Shown: positions 23,732 to 32,294 of the stretch, in pieces
Numbering within the stretch: position 1 is the first letter of the stretch
Layout of the letters: each line of letters opens with the position of its first letter
IMG/VR virus record: IMGVR_UViG_3300033181_000004
Coordinates: 1 to 40,136 of that record
Reading direction: 5' to 3' (one strand)
Length of the DNA stretch: 40,136 nucleotides
From: a virus
Lineage: Duplodnaviria; Caudoviricetes
Notes under the pieces: model-generated
What the model was told of the DNA's origin: nothing
Databases searched by the model: none
The model's input: the letters and a program-made list of their open reading frames with translations, nothing else
Program-made: the position numbers and the translations under genes

Positions 23732-23980
23732 ATGGCACACGTCTACGAAGGCACGCCAGACGCGCGCCAGTCCGACAACGTAGCGGAGCCGGTCACTCGG
23801 TTCCGTCCGAAGTATCGCGCGCTGACCGATGCCGAGAAAGCGCAGCACGACGCCATCAAGACCAAGGCAACCGAGTTGGAAACCTTGTTCGAGCAGGTGA
23901 AGCCGGGACGTTATCGCTCGCTCGCTTTCACCGCGCTCGAAGAGGCGGTTATGTGGGCGGTTAAGGAGTTGACCTCGTAG
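23732..23980 (+). CDS. Acb2/Tad1-like helical-hairpin protein (putative immune-signal sponge)
   Basis: YRALTDAEKAQHDAIKTKATEL...GRYRSLAFTALEEAVMWAVKELT. Start at ATG 23732. Confidence 0.7.
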   Translation: MAHVYEGTPDARQSDNVAEPVTRFRPKYRALTDAEKAQHDAIKTKATELETLFEQVKPGRYRSLAFTALEEAVMWAVKELTS

Positions 23981-24786
23981 TGGCAACAGCCAACAGCCTG
24001 ATCGCGCTGGCACTGAAAATGTCCGGCGCGGTTGGGCTGGGGCAAGTCTCGCCGGCCGAGGACGTGGCCGACGCGCTCACGCTCCTACAGGACATGGCGG
24101 CGCAGTGGGCGCGGCAACGCTGGCTGGTGCCGCATCTTGCCGATGTCGCGTTCACGCTGAACGGCAGCGCGTCCTACACCATCGGCGCCGGTGGTGACAT
24201 CAACGTGGCCCGGCCCGACCGGATCGAGGCGGCATATTACCGGCTGAACCAGGGCAACACGCCGCTGGACTGGCCTCTCTACGTCATGGACAGCCGGGAG
24301 CAGTGGGACCGGGTGCAGCTCAAGCAGATGCGTGGGCTGCCGGGCGCGCTGTTCTACGACACCGGCTATCCGCTCGGCACGATCTGGCTTTATCCGGTCT
24401 CGCCGCTGAGCAGCTCTTACGAGCTGCATCTGTCGGTGAAGGATGGCATGGGCGGGTTCTCCGATCCCACCGCCGACACCGGCATGGCGCCTGAGTACAA
24501 CGCGGCGCTGATGTGGAACCTTGCGGCCATCCTGCGCCCGTACTACCAGCTGCCGCCGGAGCCGACGATCACCGCCAAGGCGCTGAACTCGTTGAACGTG
24601 ATCCGTAGAACGAACACGCAGATTCCCGAGGCGCGGATGCCGCGCGACCTGCCGGGAATGTGCGGCAACGATGGCGGCGATTGGGTGAACGGCCTGGCCG
24701 GCGTCGGCGCGGCGCCCGGCTTCAATCAGGTGCAAGGCTTCCGCGTCGGCATCTCGACACTCGACGGACAGGACATCGTAGAATAA
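23980..24786 (+). CDS. Head-tail adaptor (P22 gp4-like)
   Basis: TANSLIALALKMSG...G......EDVADAL..LQDMAAQW...PEYNAALMWNLA..L.PYY. Confidence 0.8.
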   Translation: MATANSLIALALKMSGAVGLGQVSPAEDVADALTLLQDMAAQWARQRWLVPHLADVAFTLNGSASYTIGAGGDINVARPDRIEAAYYRLNQGNTPLDWPLYVMDSREQWDRVQLKQMRGLPGALFYDTGYPLGTIWLYPVSPLSSSYELHLSVKDGMGGFSDPTADTGMAPEYNAALMWNLAAILRPYYQLPPEPTITAKALNSLNVIRRTNTQIPEARMPRDLPGMCGNDGGDWVNGLAGVGAAPGFNQVQGFRVGISTLDGQDIVE

Positions 24787-24802
24787 TGGACCGGGTTTTG
24801 TC

Positions 24803-25006
24803 ATGAGCACCGACCCAACACAGACCGCCATAGTCGAGATTTTGACGGGGCGCATACCTCATCTAACGCGCGAACAACTTGTGGTAGCCCTCAAGCGGGT
24901 ATCTGGCGGATGCGACTACCCCCCGGATCAGCTACGAACAGTCTGTAAGCAGGCGTGGAAGATGCTGAATGCAGATGCCCAAGTTATACAGAAAGCTGCT
25001 CTATGA
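24803..25006 (+). CDS. Small low-GC hypothetical protein
   Basis: 67-aa ORF, ATGA-coupled to the next gene. Confidence 0.55.
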   Translation: MSTDPTQTAIVEILTGRIPHLTREQLVVALKRVSGGCDYPPDQLRTVCKQAWKMLNADAQVIQKAAL

Positions 25007-25959
25007 GCGGCACGCTGCACGTCTGGAAGCCCGGAGATTTCGTCGACGCAGTGGACCTCAATGGCAACTTCGCGCTGCTGAATGCCGAGGCGGCGCCGAG
25101 CGCCACGCTGGCGGGCTTCAACCGGCTGCGCAACGGCCGGATGCTGGTCAACCAGCGCGGCACGTCGATCACCACCGCCGGCTACGCCTCGGACGGCTGG
25201 ATCGTATCGTCCACCGGCGGCGCGCTCACCGCCTCGATCATCGCCGGCGGCATCGACTATGGGTATTCGAACTACACCCAGCTCACCGGCACGTTGCCCG
25301 TCGTCGGCACCCTTGCGGTGGAGCAGCGCATCGAGGCGGTCGATTGCCGCGACCTGCCCGGCGCCACCGTCACGCTGTCGTTCTACGCATCGGCGTCGAC
25401 CACTTCCGGCACGTTCCAGGTGACGGTCCTGCTGAGCAACCCGAACGTCACCGACACCTGGCGGAACAAAACGCTCTTTCCAACCCAGATGGCGACGGTC
25501 ACCAGCGCGCCGGGGCGCGTCAGCATGACGTTCGTGATGCCGCCCGGCGTCGCCAACGGCCTCTCTGTGGCCATCCTCCTCACGCAACAGGGAGCGCCCG
25601 GCACCGCCACGCTGAACGTCGGCGGCCTGCAACTCGAACTCGGCACCACGGCCACGCTGCTGCAGCACCGCAGCTACGCCGATGAGTTCTACATAGCGCA
25701 GCGCTACTACCAAGTAGGGTTGTGTTATGCGACCGGCTACCAAGCGGCGGGCGGTGGATTCTCGGATGTGTCGGACGGCGGCACAATGATGCGCGCCTTA
25801 CCAACGGTTACGACGATCAGCAACAACTTCGTGAACTTCACTCAGACATCGCTTAATCAGTATGGTCCCGTCTTTGGCCATGTCGGGTGCGGCGGCACAG
25901 CAAACGCCACCGGGACCGTCACTATCAGCGTGTTCTACGCCGCCTCGGCCGAACTTTGA
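25003..25959 (+). CDS. Tail fibre/spike protein with carbohydrate-binding-like domain
   Basis: NRLRNGRMLVNQRG...DGW...QRIE...VTLSFYA...LQLELGTTAT...DEFYIAQRYY...MMRALPTVT pattern of phage tail proteins. Confidence 0.8.
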   Translation: MSGTLHVWKPGDFVDAVDLNGNFALLNAEAAPSATLAGFNRLRNGRMLVNQRGTSITTAGYASDGWIVSSTGGALTASIIAGGIDYGYSNYTQLTGTLPVVGTLAVEQRIEAVDCRDLPGATVTLSFYASASTTSGTFQVTVLLSNPNVTDTWRNKTLFPTQMATVTSAPGRVSMTFVMPPGVANGLSVAILLTQQGAPGTATLNVGGLQLELGTTATLLQHRSYADEFYIAQRYYQVGLCYATGYQAAGGGFSDVSDGGTMMRALPTVTTISNNFVNFTQTSLNQYGPVFGHVGCGGTANATGTVTISVFYAASAEL

Positions 25960-27359
25960 GCTACGTTCCGCTCACGGGCGGGAGCTATGTGGCGCGCAGC
26001 CTCACGGTCGGGGCGCAGACTTGCATCAACCTCATGCCGGAAGCAATGCCGCAGGCGGAGGGCGAGCCAACAGCGTTTGCGCATTACCCCACGCCGGGTT
26101 TGCGATATATCGGCGTCGTCGGTGGCGGCGCATGGCGGGGCATGTACCGCGCCACCAACGGCACCCTTTTCGGCGTGGTCGGCAACAACGTGGTGGTGAA
26201 CGCCGACACCGGCGGCTCAATCGTCGGCACCATCGCCACCACCAGCGGGCCGGTGAGCATGTCAGACAACTCCGTCAACCTGATCCTGGTGGACGGCAGC
26301 GCCGCCGGCTACACCGTGCTGCTGGCCACCGGCGCGTTCTCAGCGATCTCCGATCCGGCGTTCTACGGTGCCGATCGCGTCGAAATGCTGGACACGTTTT
26401 TCGTGCTGAATAGGCCCGGCACCAACCAGTTCTATGTATCGCGCAGCGTCGCGGTCACCTTCGACCCGCTGTACATCGCAGCTAAGGCGGGGTTGGACAC
26501 CTTGGTCAGCATCGCCGTGTTTCGCCGCGAGCTGTGGCTGTTCGGCACGCGCTACACCGAGATTTGGAGCGACGTTGGCGCGGCCGACTTCCCGTTCCAG
26601 GTATTCAGCGGCGGCATTGAACACGGCTGCGTCGCGGCGGCCAGCGTGGCGCACACCGATGGCGCCGTGTTCTGGCTGGACCGCAGCCGCGACGGCGAAG
26701 GCATCGTGCTGAGAGGCCAAAACTACAACGCCATGCGGGTGTCCACACACGCTATCGAGGCGGCGATCCGCAGCTATTCGAAGATCACCGATGCGGTAGG
26801 CTGGATCTACCAGATCGACGGCCATATCGTCTATGTGCTTACTTTCCCGACTGCCGGAGCAACCTGGTGCTTTGATCTTGCCACGTCGCTCTGGCATCAG
26901 TGGCAATCTGGCGGCGGCATTCATCGCGGGATCTGCCATAGCGCCTTCAGCAATTACAACCTGGTCGGTGATGTCACCAACGGCAACCTCTATGCGCTCG
27001 ACCCGAATGTCTACACCGACAACGGCGCTCCGATTCAGCGGACGCGGGCGTTTCCGCACTTAGAGAGCAACGCCGACCGGATTTTTTACACGCGGTTCAC
27101 CGCTGACATGCAGTGCGGTTTGGTCCCAGTGGGGCAGCCAGAGCCGCAACTGTCGCTGCGCTGGAGTGACGATGGCGGGTTCAGCTTCGGGGCGCCGGTG
27201 GCGCTCGGCATGGGGCTGAACGGCGCGGCGAACACGTCGCTGCAGTTCCGCCGGCTGGGCTATTCGCGGGGCGGGCGGGTGTTTGAGGTGTCCTGGAACG
27301 CGCCCGTCGCCACGGTGCTGCAGGGGGCTTGGGTTGAGACGGTGGCGGGGGCGACATGA
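25956..27359 (+). CDS. Tail hub / DNA stabilization protein (P22 gp10-like)
   Basis: TTG start overlapping the previous stop. INLMPE, PTPGL, LWLFG..YTEIW..G...FPF, LRWSDDGG.SFG, RRLG. Confidence 0.88.
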   Translation: MSYVPLTGGSYVARSLTVGAQTCINLMPEAMPQAEGEPTAFAHYPTPGLRYIGVVGGGAWRGMYRATNGTLFGVVGNNVVVNADTGGSIVGTIATTSGPVSMSDNSVNLILVDGSAAGYTVLLATGAFSAISDPAFYGADRVEMLDTFFVLNRPGTNQFYVSRSVAVTFDPLYIAAKAGLDTLVSIAVFRRELWLFGTRYTEIWSDVGAADFPFQVFSGGIEHGCVAAASVAHTDGAVFWLDRSRDGEGIVLRGQNYNAMRVSTHAIEAAIRSYSKITDAVGWIYQIDGHIVYVLTFPTAGATWCFDLATSLWHQWQSGGGIHRGICHSAFSNYNLVGDVTNGNLYALDPNVYTDNGAPIQRTRAFPHLESNADRIFYTRFTADMQCGLVPVGQPEPQLSLRWSDDGGFSFGAPVALGMGLNGAANTSLQFRRLGYSRGGRVFEVSWNAPVATVLQGAWVETVAGAT

Positions 27360-27667
27360 GCGGCAGCGCCAAGTTCTCCGGGCGCGGCTTCCCAGCTCCC
27401 AGTTCGCCCCTAGTCGACCTGAACACAGGGCAGGTCACCCCCCAATGGCTGGCGTTTCTGCGTCAGCAGTATATCGCAACCGGCGGTGGCTCGGGTTCGA
27501 CAGCCAATCTGACGCAGATCACGGCCAATCTGACGCAGCTCGCCTCCAATGTGGCGCAGAACACCAGCAGCTTGGCGACGGCTAACGCAGCGTTGGGGGC
27601 GATCCCGGCGGAGTTGCAGCAGGCGACGTTGCTGGCGCTGGCGCTGGGCGATGTGCCAACCACGTAA
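27356..27667 (+). CDS. Short coiled-coil tail needle-like protein (gp26 position)
   Basis: PLVDLNTGQVTPQWLAFL followed by heptads ANLTQIT-ANLTQLA (21-bp tandem duplication). Confidence 0.65.
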   Translation: MSGSAKFSGRGFPAPSSPLVDLNTGQVTPQWLAFLRQQYIATGGGSGSTANLTQITANLTQLASNVAQNTSSLATANAALGAIPAELQQATLLALALGDVPTT

Positions 27668-27680
27668 CGGAGGCCGCTGA

Positions 27681-28007
27681 ATGGCGATTGTCGCGGCGGT
27701 CCTGCAAGGTGGCGTCACGCTCGGAACGACGGCCACCCCGCTCTACACCGCGCCGGCCGGCACCACCGCCATCGTCAAGCGCGCCGTGTTCGCCAATAGC
27801 GGCGGCGCGGCGGTCACGGTCACGGTGCGGGTGGTGCGCAACGGCGGCTCGGGCGGCGCGCTGGTCAACGCGCAATCGGTGGCGCTCAACGGCTCCTACA
27901 TGGCCCCGGAGCTGTCGCAACTGGTACTGGGGCCGGGCGACGCGGTGACGGCTCTGTGCAGCGCCATCAGCAGCGTGTTCGTGGTGATGTCCGGGTTCAC
28001 GATGTGA
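27681..28007 (+). CDS. Small beta-sandwich virion protein
   Basis: GGAGG RBS. LYTAPAGTTAIVK...N...VLGPGD pattern. Confidence 0.7.
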   Translation: MAIVAAVLQGGVTLGTTATPLYTAPAGTTAIVKRAVFANSGGAAVTVTVRVVRNGGSGGALVNAQSVALNGSYMAPELSQLVLGPGDAVTALCSAISSVFVVMSGFTM

Positions 28008-28039
28008 GGGTGGCCGTCTGTTCCGGCGCGTTGCTGCTG

Positions 28040-28258
28040 CTACTCGGCATTGGGCGGCCTCCCAAAGCGAGCGCTACGGAGATCATATTCGCCTTCCTCA
28101 TCGTCGGCCCGGCCATCCGAATATCCTTCAAGCCACGATTTGCTTTCGCCGCCCCACACGCCAGAGTTAGATCGTCCCGCCTGCTGACCTGCGTCATACT
28201 CTGCCTGTTGCGTTTCGATAGCGCTCCCGGCCGTCTGTGCTGGCGTGTCGTCGTTCAT
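28040..28258 (-). CDS. Small protein with ribosome-modulation-factor-like motif
   Basis: EYDAGQQAG...SWLEGYSDG. ATGA-coupled to 28255-28437. Confidence 0.5.
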   Translation of the reverse strand: MNDDTPAQTAGSAIETQQAEYDAGQQAGRSNSGVWGGESKSWLEGYSDGRADDEEGEYDLRSARFGRPPNAE

Positions 28259-28437
28259 GGTTCTGCCCTGGCGCCGCATATGTCGCATGTCTCACTCGGC
28301 TTCAGGTAGCATTCGCCACACGGTTGCTCCCCGCGTCGAGCGTCAGCCGCAATGGGTATGAGCGGGTTGCGCGGACCGGGTGCGTCGAACTGCGCGGCCA
28401 ATGCCGGGGCCGTCTGTGTCTGGTCGGCGTCGCTCAT
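28255..28437 (-). CDS. Small zinc-finger protein
   Basis: GGAGTGGAGG RBS. PCGEC...TCDICGA. Confidence 0.65.
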   Translation of the reverse strand: MSDADQTQTAPALAAQFDAPGPRNPLIPIAADARRGEQPCGECYLKPSETCDICGARAEP

Positions 28438-28469
28438 CTATTCCTCCACTCCCTCCAGGATAACGCCCG

Positions 28470-29501
28470 ATGCCGCCGTTCGTCATCTTCTCCCTGCCGC
28501 GCAGCCGCAGTGCATGGCTGGCGCACTGGCTGGGCGCGGTGTGCGGGCAGCCAGTGGCGCACGACATGGCCATCGAGTGCGACACGACGGACGAATGGCT
28601 GGAGGCGCTGTACCGGCGCGTGCGCGGCAGTTGCGAGACGGGCGCGGCGGCGGCGTGGCCCGTGCTGCGCCAAGCGTTGCCGCATTGCCGCATCGTGCTG
28701 GTGTGGCGCGACATCATTGAGGTGGTGGCGTCGCTCGAGCGGGCCGGAATAGCGGTTTCCTACGATGAACTTGAGCGGCGCAGCATGGCGATGCTCGAGA
28801 TGTCGGGCCTGCCCAACGTGCTGTCGGTGCAGTTCTCCAGCTTGACCAGCCCCCGCACCTGCGCTGCCATTCAGCGGCACTGCCTCGGCACCGAGTTCGA
28901 CTGGCCACGCTGGGCCGAGATGGACCGGGTGAACATCCAAGTCGACATGCCGGCCCGCATCCAACGCCTGCAGGAGCGTGCAGCACCGATCGCCGCGCTT
29001 AAAACGGAACTGGCCGACCGCCTGGAGCATCCACGCCCATTCGTGACGGTTGGGGAGGAACGCTGGAGCGACATTGCCCGGCAGTGCGAGGCAATGGGAG
29101 CCGGCCACCATGCGGAGGCCACGGAAGGCACCGAGGGGCCATACCGGCTCGACCAAGCCACACTAGCGCGAATGGTGGAGATGGGGATCTGGCGCGTCGT
29201 CGTGGCCCGCGTGGATAGCGCCATCGTGGGTTACTGCTGCTGGACGCTGGCCACCAACCATGAGGCGGACAGTCCTCCCACCATGATGCAGGGGCCGTTC
29301 TACGTGCTGCCCGAAGCGGCGCGGCACCGCATCGGCCGGCGGCTGCTGGACGTGTCGCGGGCGCTGTTCGAGGTGGGCGGCATCCGGGCGCTGCGGCTGC
29401 ACCACACGTCGTATGGGCGCGGCGCGCGGACCGGCGTGCTCTATCGCCGCATGGGCGCGGTTGAGGCGCAGCGCGAATACCATATGAACATCGGGGCCTG
29501 A
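28470..29501 (+). CDS. Sulfotransferase-like P-loop domain fused to a GNAT acetyltransferase-like domain
   Basis: N-terminal FVIFSLPRSRSAWLAHWL (PAPS-binding-loop-like) and IVLVWRDIIEVVASL. C-terminal VARVDSAIVGY...FYVLPEAARHRIGRRLL...LYRRMG GNAT motifs. Confidence 0.75.
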   Translation: MPPFVIFSLPRSRSAWLAHWLGAVCGQPVAHDMAIECDTTDEWLEALYRRVRGSCETGAAAAWPVLRQALPHCRIVLVWRDIIEVVASLERAGIAVSYDELERRSMAMLEMSGLPNVLSVQFSSLTSPRTCAAIQRHCLGTEFDWPRWAEMDRVNIQVDMPARIQRLQERAAPIAALKTELADRLEHPRPFVTVGEERWSDIARQCEAMGAGHHAEATEGTEGPYRLDQATLARMVEMGIWRVVVARVDSAIVGYCCWTLATNHEADSPPTMMQGPFYVLPEAARHRIGRRLLDVSRALFEVGGIRALRLHHTSYGRGARTGVLYRRMGAVEAQREYHMNIGA

Positions 29502-29502
29502 C

Positions 29503-30687
29503 ATGGGCAGCATTTCGGCACCTATCGCGGCCATCGGCTCGGTGATCGGCGGCATTTCGGCCCCCACCGCGCTGGCGGCTGCCGGCACCGCAGCGACGAT
29601 CGGCAGCGGGCTGCTCACGTCTGGCGCCGCATCCGATGCCGCGAACACGCAGGCCAACGCCGCAGGGCAGGCGCAGCAGCAGCAGTCGGCCCAATTCCAG
29701 CAGACACGGCAGGACCTGCAGCCGTACACCGCCGCCGGCCAGACCGCGCTGGGCCAGTTGAGCGGCAACCTTGGGACGTATGGCGACACCAATACCGGGC
29801 AGGGCTACCTCAACCAGAACGACTATTTCGTGCAGCAGGGGCAGAACAACACGCTCCAGCAGGAGGCCAACACCGGCTACCAGCTCCAGCAGGCCGGCAT
29901 CGCGGATCAGGTCGGTCAGCAGCAATATGCCAAGGCGCAGGGCATCGGCGAGGCCGGGTTCGCCAACGCGCAGAACGTCGGCGCCCAAGGCTATGCGGCG
30001 GCGGGCAACGTCGGGGTCGGACCCGGCGGGCAGGCGGCGCTGGAGGCCACGCCAGGCTACCAGTTCACCCGCGACCAGGGGCTGGAGAGCGTGCAGAACA
30101 GCGCGGCGGCGCGCGGGCTTGGCGTGTCAGGGGCGGCGTTGAAGGGCGCGGCCAGCTATGCAACCGGGCTGGCCGACAACACCTACCAGCAGCAGTATTC
30201 GGACGCGGTAAACAACGCCACCAACCAGTATAATGTGGCTCAGACCGGGGCCAGCAACCAATACAACGTGGCCCAGACAGGCGCAGCGGCTCAGACCGGG
30301 GTGCAGAACGCGCTCACGGCGGCGTACGGCAACGTGGCCAGCGGCTATGGCGCGGCGGCGGCCGGCTCAGTCGGGCTGGGGCAGGCGGCGCTAGGCAGCA
30401 ACACCGCGCAGCAGGGCAACCTCACGAACAGCTACAACCGGCTGCTCGGGGCCTCCTCGCTGGGTGAGAATGCTGCAGCTCAGACCGGCTCGCTGGGGCA
30501 GGCGTCCGCCTCGGCACAGAACGCGCTCATCACCGGCGCGGGTCAGGCGCAGGCGGCAGGCACCGTGGGCAGCGCGAACGCCCTGTCGAGTGGGTTCACT
30601 GGCGCGGCGAACAGTGCGTCGAACGCCTACTACGCCAACCAGAATAACCAACTGATGCAGCAGATCGCGAAGAACGGATCGTACTGA
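29503..30687 (+). CDS. Ejection (DNA transfer) protein, gp7-like
   Basis: Hydrophobic Gly/Ala N-terminus, LQPY..AG, TPGYQF..DQG...VQNSAAARG...SGAALK. Confidence 0.8.
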   Translation: MGSISAPIAAIGSVIGGISAPTALAAAGTAATIGSGLLTSGAASDAANTQANAAGQAQQQQSAQFQQTRQDLQPYTAAGQTALGQLSGNLGTYGDTNTGQGYLNQNDYFVQQGQNNTLQQEANTGYQLQQAGIADQVGQQQYAKAQGIGEAGFANAQNVGAQGYAAAGNVGVGPGGQAALEATPGYQFTRDQGLESVQNSAAARGLGVSGAALKGAASYATGLADNTYQQQYSDAVNNATNQYNVAQTGASNQYNVAQTGAAAQTGVQNALTAAYGNVASGYGAAAAGSVGLGQAALGSNTAQQGNLTNSYNRLLGASSLGENAAAQTGSLGQASASAQNALITGAGQAQAAGTVGSANALSSGFTGAANSASNAYYANQNNQLMQQIAKNGSY

Positions 30688-32294
30688 TGAGCGGCAGCGT
30701 CAACAACCTCATCGCGCTCCAGGCTGGCCAGGGTGTGACCCCGGTGGAAAACCCGCTGGCGCAGCAGGCTCAGTACATGCAGGCGCGGCAGGCGATGCTC
30801 CAATCGCAAAACGCGATGAACCAAAACCGCCTGTTCCAGTCGCAGCAGAAGCAGGGGCAGCTTGCCCAACAGGCGATCGATCCGAGCACGGGGCAGTTCA
30901 GCCCGTCGAAGTTCAACATGCTGCTGGGTCAGTCTCCGGGCGCGGGGATCGGCGCGCAGGATGCCATCGCGGCGGCACAGACCCAATCCAGCGCGCAGCA
31001 GACACAGGCGCAGGGATCACAGAAGCAGCTCGCCAGCGGCATCGGCGGCCTCTTGCAGCTGAACAATGGCGCGGGGCCGACCTACGGCCAGACGACGGAC
31101 TTCCTGCAGCGCGGCCTGGCTTCCGGGGCAATCCAGCCGCAGAGCGCAAAATCGGCACTGATCGGGATGCCATCTGGCGACGATCCGCAATCGATGGCCA
31201 CGCGGACGCACATGATCCAGACGATCCAGCAGCAGATGGCGTCGTCGCAGGAACAGCTGACCAATGCCTATGGCACGCCAACCTCCGTGAGCAACGGGCA
31301 GACGGTGCAGCCTGGTTTGGCGGGTGGAATGCTCAGCGGCAACCGCGGCGCATTTAACCCGGCCGGTGCTCCGATCCAGCAGGTGACCGGACCCGAAACC
31401 AACGCGGCGATGTCGACGCAGTACGTGCCGGACCCGCAGCATCAGGGCCAATACATCCAGGTGCCGGTGCCGCGCAGCGCTTTGCCCGGAGCCAGCGGCG
31501 TGGCTGGGCCACAGCCTTCCGCGTCGCCAGGGTTGGGAACCGGACGCCCGCAAGCGCCAGCGGGAACGCCTTCGCCCGCAACTGGCGGCGGTGCTCCAGC
31601 CATGGCTGGCTCCGCTCCGCCCGCGCCGTTCCTCGCCGCGCAACCGCCGGGCGTGGCTGTCTCCCAGCAAGCTGACACGACGCAATTCAAAACGGATCAG
31701 GCCGCCTTGCCAGCCGCGCAGACCACCACGCAGAACATGCAGCACGCGCTCACGGCGTTGCAGCTCAGCAGCTCCGGCCGCACGCCACAGGCGATGGTCG
31801 GCATGGGGAACCTGCTGCAGAGCGCCGGGTTGCTGCCGGCCGGCATGACCAACGACCTCGCCAACTACGAGCTATTCCACAAACTAACCGAACGGCTGGC
31901 GATGAATGCGGCGGGCAGCAGCAACACCGATGCCGGGCGGGCGCTTTCGCAAGCATCGAACGCTGGCACCTCGCTCTCGACGCCGGCCAATATTGCGGTG
32001 CTGCAGAACGACATCGGCAAGCAGCGCCAGGCCATCGCGCAGAACCTCACTGCGCCCGATCAGCAGACCGGCATTGGCTACGGCGGCTATGCCGGCAAGT
32101 TCTCCAACAGCACCGATCCGCGCGGTTTCCAGTGGGACATGCTGCAACCGGCGCAAAAGCAGCAAATCCTGTCGGGCATGAAGCCGGGATCGGCGCCTTG
32201 GAACAACCTGCACCGCTCGATCGGCATGGCAACGAAGCTGGGCCTGTTCGACAACGGCGGGTCGGTGCCGCTTGGGGCGCCCGGTGGCAACTAG
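30687..32294 (+). CDS. Ejection protein, gp20-like position
   Basis: Gln/Gly/Pro-rich 535 aa between the gp7-like and gp16-like genes. Confidence 0.7.
   Translation: MSGSVNNLIALQAGQGVTPVENPLAQQAQYMQARQAMLQSQNAMNQNRLFQSQQKQGQLAQQAIDPSTGQFSPSKFNMLLGQSPGAGIGAQDAIAAAQTQSSAQQTQAQGSQKQLASGIGGLLQLNNGAGPTYGQTTDFLQRGLASGAIQPQSAKSALIGMPSGDDPQSMATRTHMIQTIQQQMASSQEQLTNAYGTPTSVSNGQTVQPGLAGGMLSGNRGAFNPAGAPIQQVTGPETNAAMSTQYVPDPQHQGQYIQVPVPRSALPGASGVAGPQPSASPGLGTGRPQAPAGTPSPATGGGAPAMAGSAPPAPFLAAQPPGVAVSQQADTTQFKTDQAALPAAQTTTQNMQHALTALQLSSSGRTPQAMVGMGNLLQSAGLLPAGMTNDLANYELFHKLTERLAMNAAGSSNTDAGRALSQASNAGTSLSTPANIAVLQNDIGKQRQAIAQNLTAPDQQTGIGYGGYAGKFSNSTDPRGFQWDMLQPAQKQQILSGMKPGSAPWNNLHRSIGMATKLGLFDNGGSVPLGAPGGN

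Noticed and set aside
30220-30300. Direct repeat in the gp7-like gene
   Set aside because: In-frame NQYNVAQTGA duplication, ordinary for low-complexity ejection proteins.
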